From positions 124,001 to 188,000 of the IMG/VR virus record IMGVR_UViG_3300040801_001224: a stretch of DNA of 64,000 bases. One strand, given 5' to 3'. The notes below the pieces were generated by a model. The model was given only the letters and a program-made list of their open reading frames with translations. It was not told the origin of the DNA and did no database searches. Shown piece by piece: positions 56,923-64,000 of the stretch. The position numbers were made by a program, and so were the translations under genes. Position 1 is the first letter of the stretch. Each line of letters opens with the position of its first letter.

Positions 56923-57600
56923 ATGTCATTAAACAAGCAAAAAACTGATCCGGAATTAGGATTACAGATACGTGAACATTTAATTAAAGTAGGTTTAGAA
57001 ACACCATTAAACCCGGACAATAAATTGAGCGTAAAACAGAAAGTATCTCGCATTGAGAAAAAGTTCACAGACATTATGAACATATTAGGTTTAGATCTAA
57101 CAGACGACAGTCTAGCAGACACACCGAATCGTGTAGCAAAGATGTATGTTAATGAAATTTTTTATGGCTTAGACTATGAAAATTTTCCAAAGTGTACAGC
57201 AGTAGATAACAAGATGAAGTATGATGAAATGGTAGTTGAGAAGAACATTAATGTTCAATCAAACTGCGAGCACCATTTCGTCGTTATTGACGGTGTTGCT
57301 ACAGTGGGCTATATTCCAGAAGATAAAGTATTAGGACTATCTAAAATGAACCGCATTGTCGAATACTTCGCAAAACGTCCACAGATCCAGGAACGTTTAA
57401 CATCACAGATATTCCACGCCATGTCTTATATCCTGGGTACTGAAAATGTAGCAGTGACAATTGATGCGACACACTATTGCGTTAAGTCACGAGGTGTAGA
57501 AGATACAGGCTCAAGCACAGTGACTTCACACTTGGGTGGCGCATTTAAGACAGACCCAGCATTGCGTCAGGAATTCTTAGCACTAGCACGTAACTGCTAA
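56923..57600 (+). CDS. folE: GTP cyclohydrolase I
   Basis: [37 protein letters not shown]. Confidence 0.97.
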   Translation: MSLNKQKTDPELGLQIREHLIKVGLETPLNPDNKLSVKQKVSRIEKKFTDIMNILGLDLTDDSLADTPNRVAKMYVNEIFYGLDYENFPKCTAVDNKMKYDEMVVEKNINVQSNCEHHFVVIDGVATVGYIPEDKVLGLSKMNRIVEYFAKRPQIQERLTSQIFHAMSYILGTENVAVTIDATHYCVKSRGVEDTGSSTVTSHLGGAFKTDPALRQEFLALARNC

Positions 57601-57604
57601 AACA

Positions 57605-57877
57605 ATGAATCTGCAATATATTTTATATGTGGGTGATATAGTCACCCTACATGATAATACTAGAAACGCATTGCGATACTATGTATCTAAATATATTGTT
57701 GAGTGTTCGTTATTTGAGGATAAGTATTTAGAATTTGATAGTGAAGAAGACTTCATGAAGTTTAAGTTGTCTTTTGATCTAGATCATTTTAATAGATGTA
57801 AGTTTGATATATTCAATCAAATGCAGGATGACGCATTAGAAAATGTAATTGAACACGCAAATAAATTAAATTGGTAA
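57605..57877 (+). CDS. Small hypothetical protein (same family as 55095 and 55306)
   Basis: LEFDSEEDFMKFKLSF. Confidence 0.65.
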   Translation: MNLQYILYVGDIVTLHDNTRNALRYYVSKYIVECSLFEDKYLEFDSEEDFMKFKLSFDLDHFNRCKFDIFNQMQDDALENVIEHANKLNW

Positions 57878-57886
57878 GGAGAAGAA

Positions 57887-58378
57887 ATGTACGTATCAAC
57901 CAAAAGTTATGGGCCAAGTGAAGGCTTCGCTGTTTGTTATAGACAATGGAAGGCAGACAGAAAAGAAGGTGGTTCAGGCCCATATCCACACAATGAGATT
58001 CCAGGATGCTGTGCCTTACATGGCTACGCCCTAAGTTTTTATTTCGAGTTTGAATGTGAAACACTCGACGCACGTAACTGGGTCGTAGATTTTGGTGGCT
58101 TGAGATCATTTAAAGAATTTCTTAAAGAAACCTTTGATCACACAATGCTTGTGGCTGAAGATGATCCAGAGTTCGAAACATTCCAGTTATTACACGATAA
58201 AGCAATGGCTAAAATGGTTGTAGTTGAAAAGACTGGCTGTGAAGCATTAGCTGAGTTTTTGGTAAACTATCTGAACGAAATCTGGCTTCCAGAGAATTAT
58301 GGTAACAGAACTGATATTCGTTGCCGTAAAGCGGAAGTCCGTGAAACACCGAGTAACTCTGCATTTTATGAGCTTTAA
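57887..58378 (+). CDS. queD: 6-pyruvoyl-tetrahydropterin synthase / QueD
   Basis: C..LHGY, WVVDFG, FDHT, GCEALA, VRET..NSA. Confidence 0.88.
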   Translation: MYVSTKSYGPSEGFAVCYRQWKADRKEGGSGPYPHNEIPGCCALHGYALSFYFEFECETLDARNWVVDFGGLRSFKEFLKETFDHTMLVAEDDPEFETFQLLHDKAMAKMVVVEKTGCEALAEFLVNYLNEIWLPENYGNRTDIRCRKAEVRETPSNSAFYEL

Positions 58379-58784
58379 AGAAGACAGACCGTTTGTATGC
58401 GCTCAGACATTATTGTATGATGCCATGCTCAAACACCCAACAGTGACCAGGTATATATCTGAGGATCAGTTCTGTAAGGATATATACTCGTCACTGACTA
58501 ACTCTAATGTGATCTTAGACTTGGACAAAATGGACCTGTCTGAAGAAGATCGCAAGGAAATGTTTAGTCAAGTTATTAAATATGAAGATGGGTTAGACGC
58601 AAGTATGAGTTTCAGGAGTGCCGGTGGATTCGTTGCTGGACTACGCAATGAGTTGATTGGCACCAATGAGGACTATATGGACTGGTATTGTTCACAGGGT
58701 GAAGGATACTTATCAGCAACAATAGAAGTCATATATGACGAGTTTGGCATTAAATGGTCAGAATGGCGAGATTATCGCCCATAA
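58368..58784 (+). CDS. Conserved hypothetical protein
   Basis: SFRSAGGFVAGLR...DYMDWYCS..EG. Confidence 0.75.
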   Translation: MSFKEDRPFVCAQTLLYDAMLKHPTVTRYISEDQFCKDIYSSLTNSNVILDLDKMDLSEEDRKEMFSQVIKYEDGLDASMSFRSAGGFVAGLRNELIGTNEDYMDWYCSQGEGYLSATIEVIYDEFGIKWSEWRDYRP

Positions 58785-58805
58785 TTCATGGTAAATACTT
58801 AAACT

Positions 58806-60215
58806 ATGTTATTTGTTTTATTAGTATTTGTGGTCGCACTGTTTGTCGCAATAACTGCGGCATGGTTCAGTATTATTGGTTTAATGGCAATTTTTGCTGG
58901 TTCAGCAATATCCATTGCTGTCATGGCTGGTGGTTTAGAAGCCGCCAAACTACTAACAGCAAGTTGGTTGTATAGGAACTGGGATGAATCTCCAGGAGCA
59001 TTAAAATATCCACTTACCGCTATGACTGTGATATTGATGATTATCACAAGCTTGGGTATATTTGGATTCTTGTCCAAAGCACATATTGAGCAAGGTGCGC
59101 CGGTTGGCAACAATATTGCTAAGATTGAACGTCTCGACCAGAGAATAGCAAGAGAGCAAAAAATTGTTGACGATGCCACTTCTGTTGTGTTACAATTAGA
59201 CGATGCTGTAAAAACTCTTATTGAATACGATAGAATACGTGGGCCTAACGGTAGCATTGCGGTACGTGAATCTCAGAAAGAGGAACGTGCCACATTAAGT
59301 GCTACGATAGACGAGGCGCAGGATAACATAGATAAACTTACTGATGAAAAGTTTGCCCTGCAAAGTGAAGTTAGAGCGTTTGAGGTTGAAGTAGGACCAA
59401 TTAAATATGTAGCTGATATTATATACGGTCCTGATGCTGGTAAGACAGCAATCGAATCAGCGGTTCAGTGGTTGATTATAATTATTATATTTGTATTTGA
59501 CCCTTTAGCTATTTTGCTATTGATTGCGGCCAACTATTCATTAATTGATTATGGATTAAAGTTGAGACCAAAAGATGAACGTGAAAAGATCAGGCAGAAG
59601 TACTCTAATAAATCTGGTGATGAAACTAAACCGAATGGAGAGAATCCAAAGGAAATTAGGCAACAAGCCCAACATGTTGATGACCAAGAGGAATCATCAG
59701 TTAGCGAAGCTGACGGATTGGAAAAATCAGGAGTGGTATTAGATGAGACAGAAAGTTTGGATACATCCGTCAGTACAAGTGAAACTGGACCACTTGAACA
59801 TGAAGGCGGCCTGGAGAAGGATACAGAGGCGGGAACAGAAGCTGGAGAAAGTTCAGAGCAAGATGCCAGTGAAAGCGGAGAGAGTGAAGTCACTAATGAG
59901 GGAACCATCACCAATCAGGATGACAAACCTGATAGCGAATGGGATGGATATGATGAACAAGAAGCAGAAGAAAGAATGAACATCATAGCCCAGAACGGTA
60001 ATGATGGGCTACACTATGATGAAGTTGAAGAACCAACTGAAGACGTTCGAGAAAAAATGAGAGACGCAGTTGAACGTCTAAAGAAGAAACAAGAAAAGCC
60101 ACCAGTTATAGGGGGTGGCGTTGTGTTAAGTAAAACCGACGACAAAGTTATAGACAACCAGCCGAGAGGCATAAGAGGCTGGTTATTATCAGACAAACAA
60201 CATAAGGAAGACTAA
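58806..60215 (+). CDS. Multi-pass membrane protein with coiled coil and acidic disordered tail
   Basis: 3 N-terminal TM segments, GIFGFLSKAH, EVGPIKY, IIFVFDPLA. Confidence 0.8.
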   Translation: MLFVLLVFVVALFVAITAAWFSIIGLMAIFAGSAISIAVMAGGLEAAKLLTASWLYRNWDESPGALKYPLTAMTVILMIITSLGIFGFLSKAHIEQGAPVGNNIAKIERLDQRIAREQKIVDDATSVVLQLDDAVKTLIEYDRIRGPNGSIAVRESQKEERATLSATIDEAQDNIDKLTDEKFALQSEVRAFEVEVGPIKYVADIIYGPDAGKTAIESAVQWLIIIIIFVFDPLAILLLIAANYSLIDYGLKLRPKDEREKIRQKYSNKSGDETKPNGENPKEIRQQAQHVDDQEESSVSEADGLEKSGVVLDETESLDTSVSTSETGPLEHEGGLEKDTEAGTEAGESSEQDASESGESEVTNEGTITNQDDKPDSEWDGYDEQEAEERMNIIAQNGNDGLHYDEVEEPTEDVREKMRDAVERLKKKQEKPPVIGGGVVLSKTDDKVIDNQPRGIRGWLLSDKQHKED

Positions 60216-61445
60216 ATGCCAACAAAAGACATTCATTGTTCTTTTTGCTCGCAATCCAGACATCAAGTCAAAAAGATGATTGAAGGCCCTGTAATTAAAG
60301 GTGTTCAGATTTATATTTGTGACGAATGTGTTGACGCAAGCCATTCAGCAATTCACGGAAGCATATCTGTTAAGCGTGAAAAGAAAATACCAACATTTAC
60401 CCCCAGTGAAATACACTCACATTTGGATGATTATGTAGTAGGACAGGATGACGCCAAGCGTACTTTGTCAGTAGCCATCTATAACCACTATAAGCGTATT
60501 AATGATTTAATTGAGGGTGACGTCGAGACTGAATTACAGAAGTCCAATGTTTTGATTATCGGTCCGTCAGGCACTGGCAAAACGTTACTTGCTTCAAGTG
60601 TGGCACGTATTATGAATTTACCATTTGCTATTGGTGATGCCACAACGCTAACGGAGTCAGGTTATGTGGGTGATGATGTAGAAAAGTTAGTTGAGCGTTT
60701 ACTTCAATCAGCAGATGGCGACGTAGAAGCGGCAGAGCGTGGCATTATATTTATTGACGAGATTGACAAGAAGTCACGCAAAGGCGCCAGCGCAAGCGTT
60801 AAGGACGTATCTGGTGAAGGCGTACAGCAAGCACTATTAAAGTTAGTGGAAGGCACGACAGTTAAGGTACGTTACCAGCATGATTCATATGATATCGACA
60901 CAAGTAACATACTGTTTGTTATTGGTGGTGCGTTTGTGGGACTTAGTGAAATCGTTAAGAAGTCACAGCAAGGAAAGAGCTCAATGGGTTTCGGTGCTGA
61001 GATTAAAGATGCTGAAAAAGACAGCGAACTATTTAAACTGGCGTCACCAGATGATTTGACTAAATATGGGCTAATACCAGAATTTGTGGGACGTTTCCCA
61101 GTGACAGTAGCTTTGGATAGTTTAAGCGAAGAAACGATGGTGAGGATCCTAAAGGAGCCAAAACACAGCATTATTCAGCAGTATCAACGACTGTTTCAGA
61201 TTGATGGTGTCACCCTTACCTTTGCTGATAAATACATTGAGAATATAGCCAAGCAAGGATTTAAGCAGAAAACTGGAGCTCGTGGACTGAGAGCTATTAT
61301 AGAGAAAGACCTAGCAGATATCCAGTTTAACTTGCCTGACTTGGCTAAAGAAGGATTTAAGCACGTATTAGTGCAGGACGACGGAACAATAAAACAAACA
61401 AAACGGAAGCCAAGAACCCAAAACAAGGAGAGAGCGAATGGGTAA
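60216..61445 (+). CDS. clpX: ClpX ATPase/unfoldase
   Basis: CSFC..ICDEC Zn domain, GPSGTGKT, GYVGDDV, IFIDEIDK, DVSGEGVQQ, MGF loop, TGARGLR. Confidence 0.95.
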   Translation: MPTKDIHCSFCSQSRHQVKKMIEGPVIKGVQIYICDECVDASHSAIHGSISVKREKKIPTFTPSEIHSHLDDYVVGQDDAKRTLSVAIYNHYKRINDLIEGDVETELQKSNVLIIGPSGTGKTLLASSVARIMNLPFAIGDATTLTESGYVGDDVEKLVERLLQSADGDVEAAERGIIFIDEIDKKSRKGASASVKDVSGEGVQQALLKLVEGTTVKVRYQHDSYDIDTSNILFVIGGAFVGLSEIVKKSQQGKSSMGFGAEIKDAEKDSELFKLASPDDLTKYGLIPEFVGRFPVTVALDSLSEETMVRILKEPKHSIIQQYQRLFQIDGVTLTFADKYIENIAKQGFKQKTGARGLRAIIEKDLADIQFNLPDLAKEGFKHVLVQDDGTIKQTKRKPRTQNKERANG

Positions 61446-61710
61446 GCGATTTGATCGTAACAGTAACTATCAAGATATAGATTCATCAAAGATTGTACAA
61501 CGTGGTGTACAGGTTAGAGGTGATGACCAACGTGCATTTGAAAAAGCATTTCGCACATTCAATAAAAAATGTCAGAACTTGGGCATTGTCAAAGAAGTGC
61601 GTGACCGCCAGTACTATGTCAAGCCAAGTGAAAAGAAGCGTTTAGCAAAGAAAGCGGCCGTAAACAAAACTCGTCGCGAAAAAGTTACAGAGCGCAAACC
61701 ACAGTATTAA
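61438..61710 (+). CDS. rpsU: Ribosomal protein bS21 with N-terminal extension
   Basis: FEKAFRTFNKKCQNLGIVKEVRDRQYYVKPSEKKR. Confidence 0.9.
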   Translation: MGKRFDRNSNYQDIDSSKIVQRGVQVRGDDQRAFEKAFRTFNKKCQNLGIVKEVRDRQYYVKPSEKKRLAKKAAVNKTRREKVTERKPQY

Positions 61711-61747
61711 AGAAATAAGAAAGATAAATAAATATAGCACCAGGCAG

Positions 61748-61776
61748 TTGACAATCAATGCCAGCGGTGCTATAAT
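61748..61776 (+). promoter_or_regulatory. sigma70 promoter of hsp20 within an inverted repeat
   Basis: TTGACA-17-TATAAT; TATAGCACC/GGTGCTATA. Confidence 0.8.
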
Positions 61777-61782
61777 AAAAAT

Positions 61783-61866
61783 ACGGTGTGCGGAATAGGT
61801 CCGGCACTGTTTATAGATACGCACAATAGTGGTATCGACAATCTTGCTTTTTAAAGGAGAACTATT
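61783..61866 (+). promoter_or_regulatory. ROSE-like RNA thermometer 5' UTR
   Basis: Two hairpins, then TCTTGCTTT pairing with AAAGGAGA with a bulged G. Confidence 0.6.
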
Positions 61867-62307
61867 ATGACAAGCAGAAACCTACCTGCGGAATTTGACC
61901 GCATTCATACTGGCCTACTAAAGAACTTTTTAGGCATCCCAAGTAACCTTGGCGAAACATTTTACAGTAGTACTACAAACTATCCACCATACGACATCAT
62001 TCAGTCTGAAGATGAGTCTTTAATTGAGTTACGCCTAGCATTAGCTGGCTGGTCCAAAGATGATCTTGAAGTTGAAGTTGAAAAAGATCAACTAAAGATT
62101 TCTGGATCTAAGACAAAAGAAGTCGAAGGTGAAGAAGAAACTACATTCTTACACAAGGGAATTTCAAACAAAGCATTTACACGCACATTCACGTTAGGTG
62201 CTGGCGTTGAAGTAACTGATGTTAAGTACATAGATGGCATACTAACGGTATTCATGGAGAAAGTAATACCTGAAGAAGAGAAGCCACGCTTAATTAAAAT
62301 TAAATAA
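61867..62307 (+). CDS. Small heat-shock protein (Hsp20/IbpA-like)
   Basis: NYPPYDI, ALAGW, LHKGISNKAFTRTF, DGIL, IPEEEKPRLIKI. Confidence 0.95.
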   Translation: MTSRNLPAEFDRIHTGLLKNFLGIPSNLGETFYSSTTNYPPYDIIQSEDESLIELRLALAGWSKDDLEVEVEKDQLKISGSKTKEVEGEEETTFLHKGISNKAFTRTFTLGAGVEVTDVKYIDGILTVFMEKVIPEEEKPRLIKIK

Positions 62308-62315
62308 AAAAGTAG

Positions 62316-62354
62316 GTGGGGGTGCTTGACATCCCCACTTTTTTGTGTTATAAT
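62316..62354 (+). terminator. Terminator with an overlapping sigma70 promoter
   Basis: GTGGGGGTG-CTTGA-CATCCCCAC-TTTTTT; TTGACA 62326, 17-nt spacer, TATAAT 62349. Confidence 0.8.
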
Positions 62355-62395
62355 TCGGGTTATGTAACAGTACTGTATTGTATGAAGGATATTGA

Positions 62396-62704
62396 ATGAG
62401 TGCCACTGACGTAATCGAAAAAACTGAAGCAAAAGAAGAAGTTGAAGTAAAAGAGCCTGGAAAATATAAGGTTGTTCTACACAATGATGACAAGACAACA
62501 TTCGACTTTGTTATCTTTATATTAACTGAAGTATTTAATAAGTCAATGAAAGAAGCGGCTGAAATAACCATGTTTGTCCACGAAAAAGGCCAAGCAGTCG
62601 CAGGTATTTACACGTATCAGATTGCAGAGATGAAAATTGACGAGTCGATTACCCTGGCAAGACGTGCCGGATTCCCACTCACACTGACCGCTGAAGAGCT
62701 CTAA
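62396..62704 (+). CDS. clpS: N-end-rule adaptor ClpS
   Basis: YKVVLHNDD.T..DFV..IL..VF; VHEKGQAVAG.Y...IAE.K; FPL. Confidence 0.93.
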   Translation: MSATDVIEKTEAKEEVEVKEPGKYKVVLHNDDKTTFDFVIFILTEVFNKSMKEAAEITMFVHEKGQAVAGIYTYQIAEMKIDESITLARRAGFPLTLTAEEL

Positions 62705-62756
62705 AACGATCACCGACCGGTAAATAATATTAGCACTACCTAAAAGGAGTGGTAAT

Positions 62757-62825
62757 ATGCGAATACAACACACTTCCCTCATCACCCAAATTCTGGTAAC
62801 CCAGAGTAACACCAATCAAAAATAA
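62757..62825 (+). CDS. 22-aa short ORF
   Basis: GGTAAATA at 62719 and AAGGAG RBS; MRIQHTSLITQILVTQSNTNQK. Confidence 0.4.
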   Translation: MRIQHTSLITQILVTQSNTNQK

Positions 62826-62836
62826 AAAGGACAGTT

Positions 62837-63148
62837 ATGAATATAATAGATTTAATGGAATTAGGAACTGAATTGGATGTATACAAATCAGGCAAGAGAC
62901 TTGGCACAATATTAGTAATTCAGTATGAAGACTTAATTCATGAAACAATTGGTGAGTATGATGATCGATTTGAATCATATGCAGAGTATATGATGGAGCT
63001 ACATGCCCGCATCAAAGATCACGTATCATGCCCGTATAATATCACATGGTATACCCTACCGAATACCGAAACTCTTGATATTAATGACGTAGCAACACAA
63101 ACAGTACGTGAAGGCAATAATATAGTGGTCGTGGAATATCTTGACTAA
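62837..63148 (+). CDS. Hypothetical protein
   Basis: AAGGA RBS, 103 aa. Confidence 0.7.
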   Translation: MNIIDLMELGTELDVYKSGKRLGTILVIQYEDLIHETIGEYDDRFESYAEYMMELHARIKDHVSCPYNITWYTLPNTETLDINDVATQTVREGNNIVVVEYLD

Positions 63149-63198
63149 ACCACTTTTTTAACGTATAATTGTAAGCAGACAAACTAATAGGAGTATTT

Positions 63199-63465
63199 AT
63201 GAAACTTACGCAGCCTTGTCTGCTTATGACAATTGCTGACCAAGAAGTCGATTGGGCGATGCTTGTTGCCCCTGGGGAGGAATGGACTGAAGAGACCGTA
63301 TCCAATTATTGTGACACACTTAATACTGACGGTATATATGGATACCCAGTTATGATGGATGACCCGCGCCTCAAAAATGGCATTGTAAATCGAATTATTG
63401 AATCTTTAAACTCAGCACTCGTTGAGTACAAACCACTTGAAATTCCAGGAGTATTTAAACTATGA
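63199..63465 (+). CDS. Hypothetical protein
   Basis: AGGAG RBS; TTGACT...TATAAT upstream. Confidence 0.7.
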   Translation: MKLTQPCLLMTIADQEVDWAMLVAPGEEWTEETVSNYCDTLNTDGIYGYPVMMDDPRLKNGIVNRIIESLNSALVEYKPLEIPGVFKL

Positions 63466-63572
63466 TGACATTTGAACCAAGCATGACTTTTGGTGAAGCT
63501 GTATTAAATTTAGAAATTACTACGGTTGAATATACCTCTACCGGTGTAAATATCCGCTTAAGTTTTTCATAA
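63462..63572 (+). CDS. 36-aa short ORF
   Basis: AGGAG RBS, ATGA coupling. Confidence 0.45.
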   Translation: MMTFEPSMTFGEAVLNLEITTVEYTSTGVNIRLSFS

Positions 63573-63660
63573 AGATGGGGCGGGCTTTGCCCGCTTCTTT
63601 TCCACTACCCAAATGCCCAACAATAGATAAATACTAATATTATTTAGTAGGAGATTTATT

Positions 63661-64000
63661 ATGTCAGACATGAAGAAATGGTTGAAGCTAATGGAAGATG
63701 CGGCGCCATCAAGCCCAAAAGCAGACCTATCCAAGCCTGAATCACCAATGGACGATGATCCAGAATTTACAAATGAAAAGGGTGAAGACAGCGTTGTTAC
63801 ACACATGGCCGAAGATGGCATGGAAGATTACGTTGAAGACACAAGTTTTGAAGAATGGTTAATGGATCCAGCAAACGAAGGCAAATCAATGCCGGTAGAA
63901 ATGATGATTGCTGACATTAACGAACACGGTCCAGATGCTACTGCGGCATATTGGATGGCAACAGAAGAGCAAATCCAATCCTGGATTGATGCTGGTAAAA
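63661..64000 (+). CDS. Acidic head-internal-like protein, truncated by the window end
   Basis: Late promoter at 63626, AGGAG RBS; MSDMKKWLKLME|DAAP; open to the end. Confidence 0.7.
   Translation, partial: MSDMKKWLKLMEDAAPSSPKADLSKPESPMDDDPEFTNEKGEDSVVTHMAEDGMEDYVEDTSFEEWLMDPANEGKSMPVEMMIADINEHGPDATAAYWMATEEQIQSWIDAGK

Larger units (their letters stand above)
1531..63633. promoter_or_regulatory. Dispersed T4-type late promoter motif G[AG]TAAATA
   Basis: Copies before genes at 57, 1531, 5168, 5302, 8493, 11310, 11850, 14945, 15309, 16601, 17041, 17540, 21048, 33815, 37183, 42611, 43048, 45070, 48733, 56858, 58790, 62719 and 63626; on - strand at 1157, 8483, 11296 and 33770 (TATAAATA). Confidence 0.85.

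Noticed and set aside
62730-62755. CIRCE (HrcA operator)-like TTAGCACTA-N8-GAGTGGTAA
   Set aside because: The spacer is 8 rather than 9 nt, there are two mismatches, and it is not upstream of the chaperone gene; an RBS hairpin explains it better.
570-63821. Many 60-180-aa ORFs in the track that are antisense or out of frame to long genes (e.g. 32034-32579, 41638-42129, 58799-59257, 62088-62501)
   Set aside because: They are shadows of well-supported + strand genes, with no RBS, promoter or recognisable motifs.
1-64000. Stop-codon reassignment
   Set aside because: Conserved genes are full length under code 11, and TAA, TAG and TGA all end recognisable proteins.
1-64000. CRISPR array or DGR template/variable repeats
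   Set aside because: I saw no regularly spaced direct repeats, no long near-duplicate segments and no reverse transcriptase. The Cas4-like nuclease at 48049 is a common stand-alone phage exonuclease.

Overview
A 64-kb segment of a large T4-related myophage genome, probably jumbo-sized and infecting a proteobacterium. Almost all genes lie on the + strand. Late modules (neck, sheath, tube, head completion, terminase, head-internal proteins; promoter motif GATAAATA/GGTAAATA) alternate with sigma70-driven replication, recombination and metabolic modules (gp32, UvsX/Y/W, a minimal DnaE-like protein, primase, helicase, NrdAB, dNMP kinase). Host-like accessory genes include iscA, iscU, folE, queD, nadE, a SpoT-like HD hydrolase, clpX, rpsU, hsp20 and clpS. 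The most notable observations are: (1) a circularly permuted two-piece tmRNA whose 3' tail appears displaced by a GIY-YIG endonuclease cassette; (2) about a dozen unrelated late proteins, five of them enzymes (HxGH nucleotidyltransferase, Cys-hydrolase, GNAT, RNA-ligase-like, Pol-beta NTase), sharing an N-terminal M-[RK]-[LI]-x-E-[LI] tag and internal [LIV]-x-E junctions, which suggests a head-packaged, protease-released enzyme cargo; (3) a recurring promoter-inside-a-hairpin design plus many leaderless starts that would insulate early and late translation. All calls come from reading motifs by eye; no database searches or folding computations were run.
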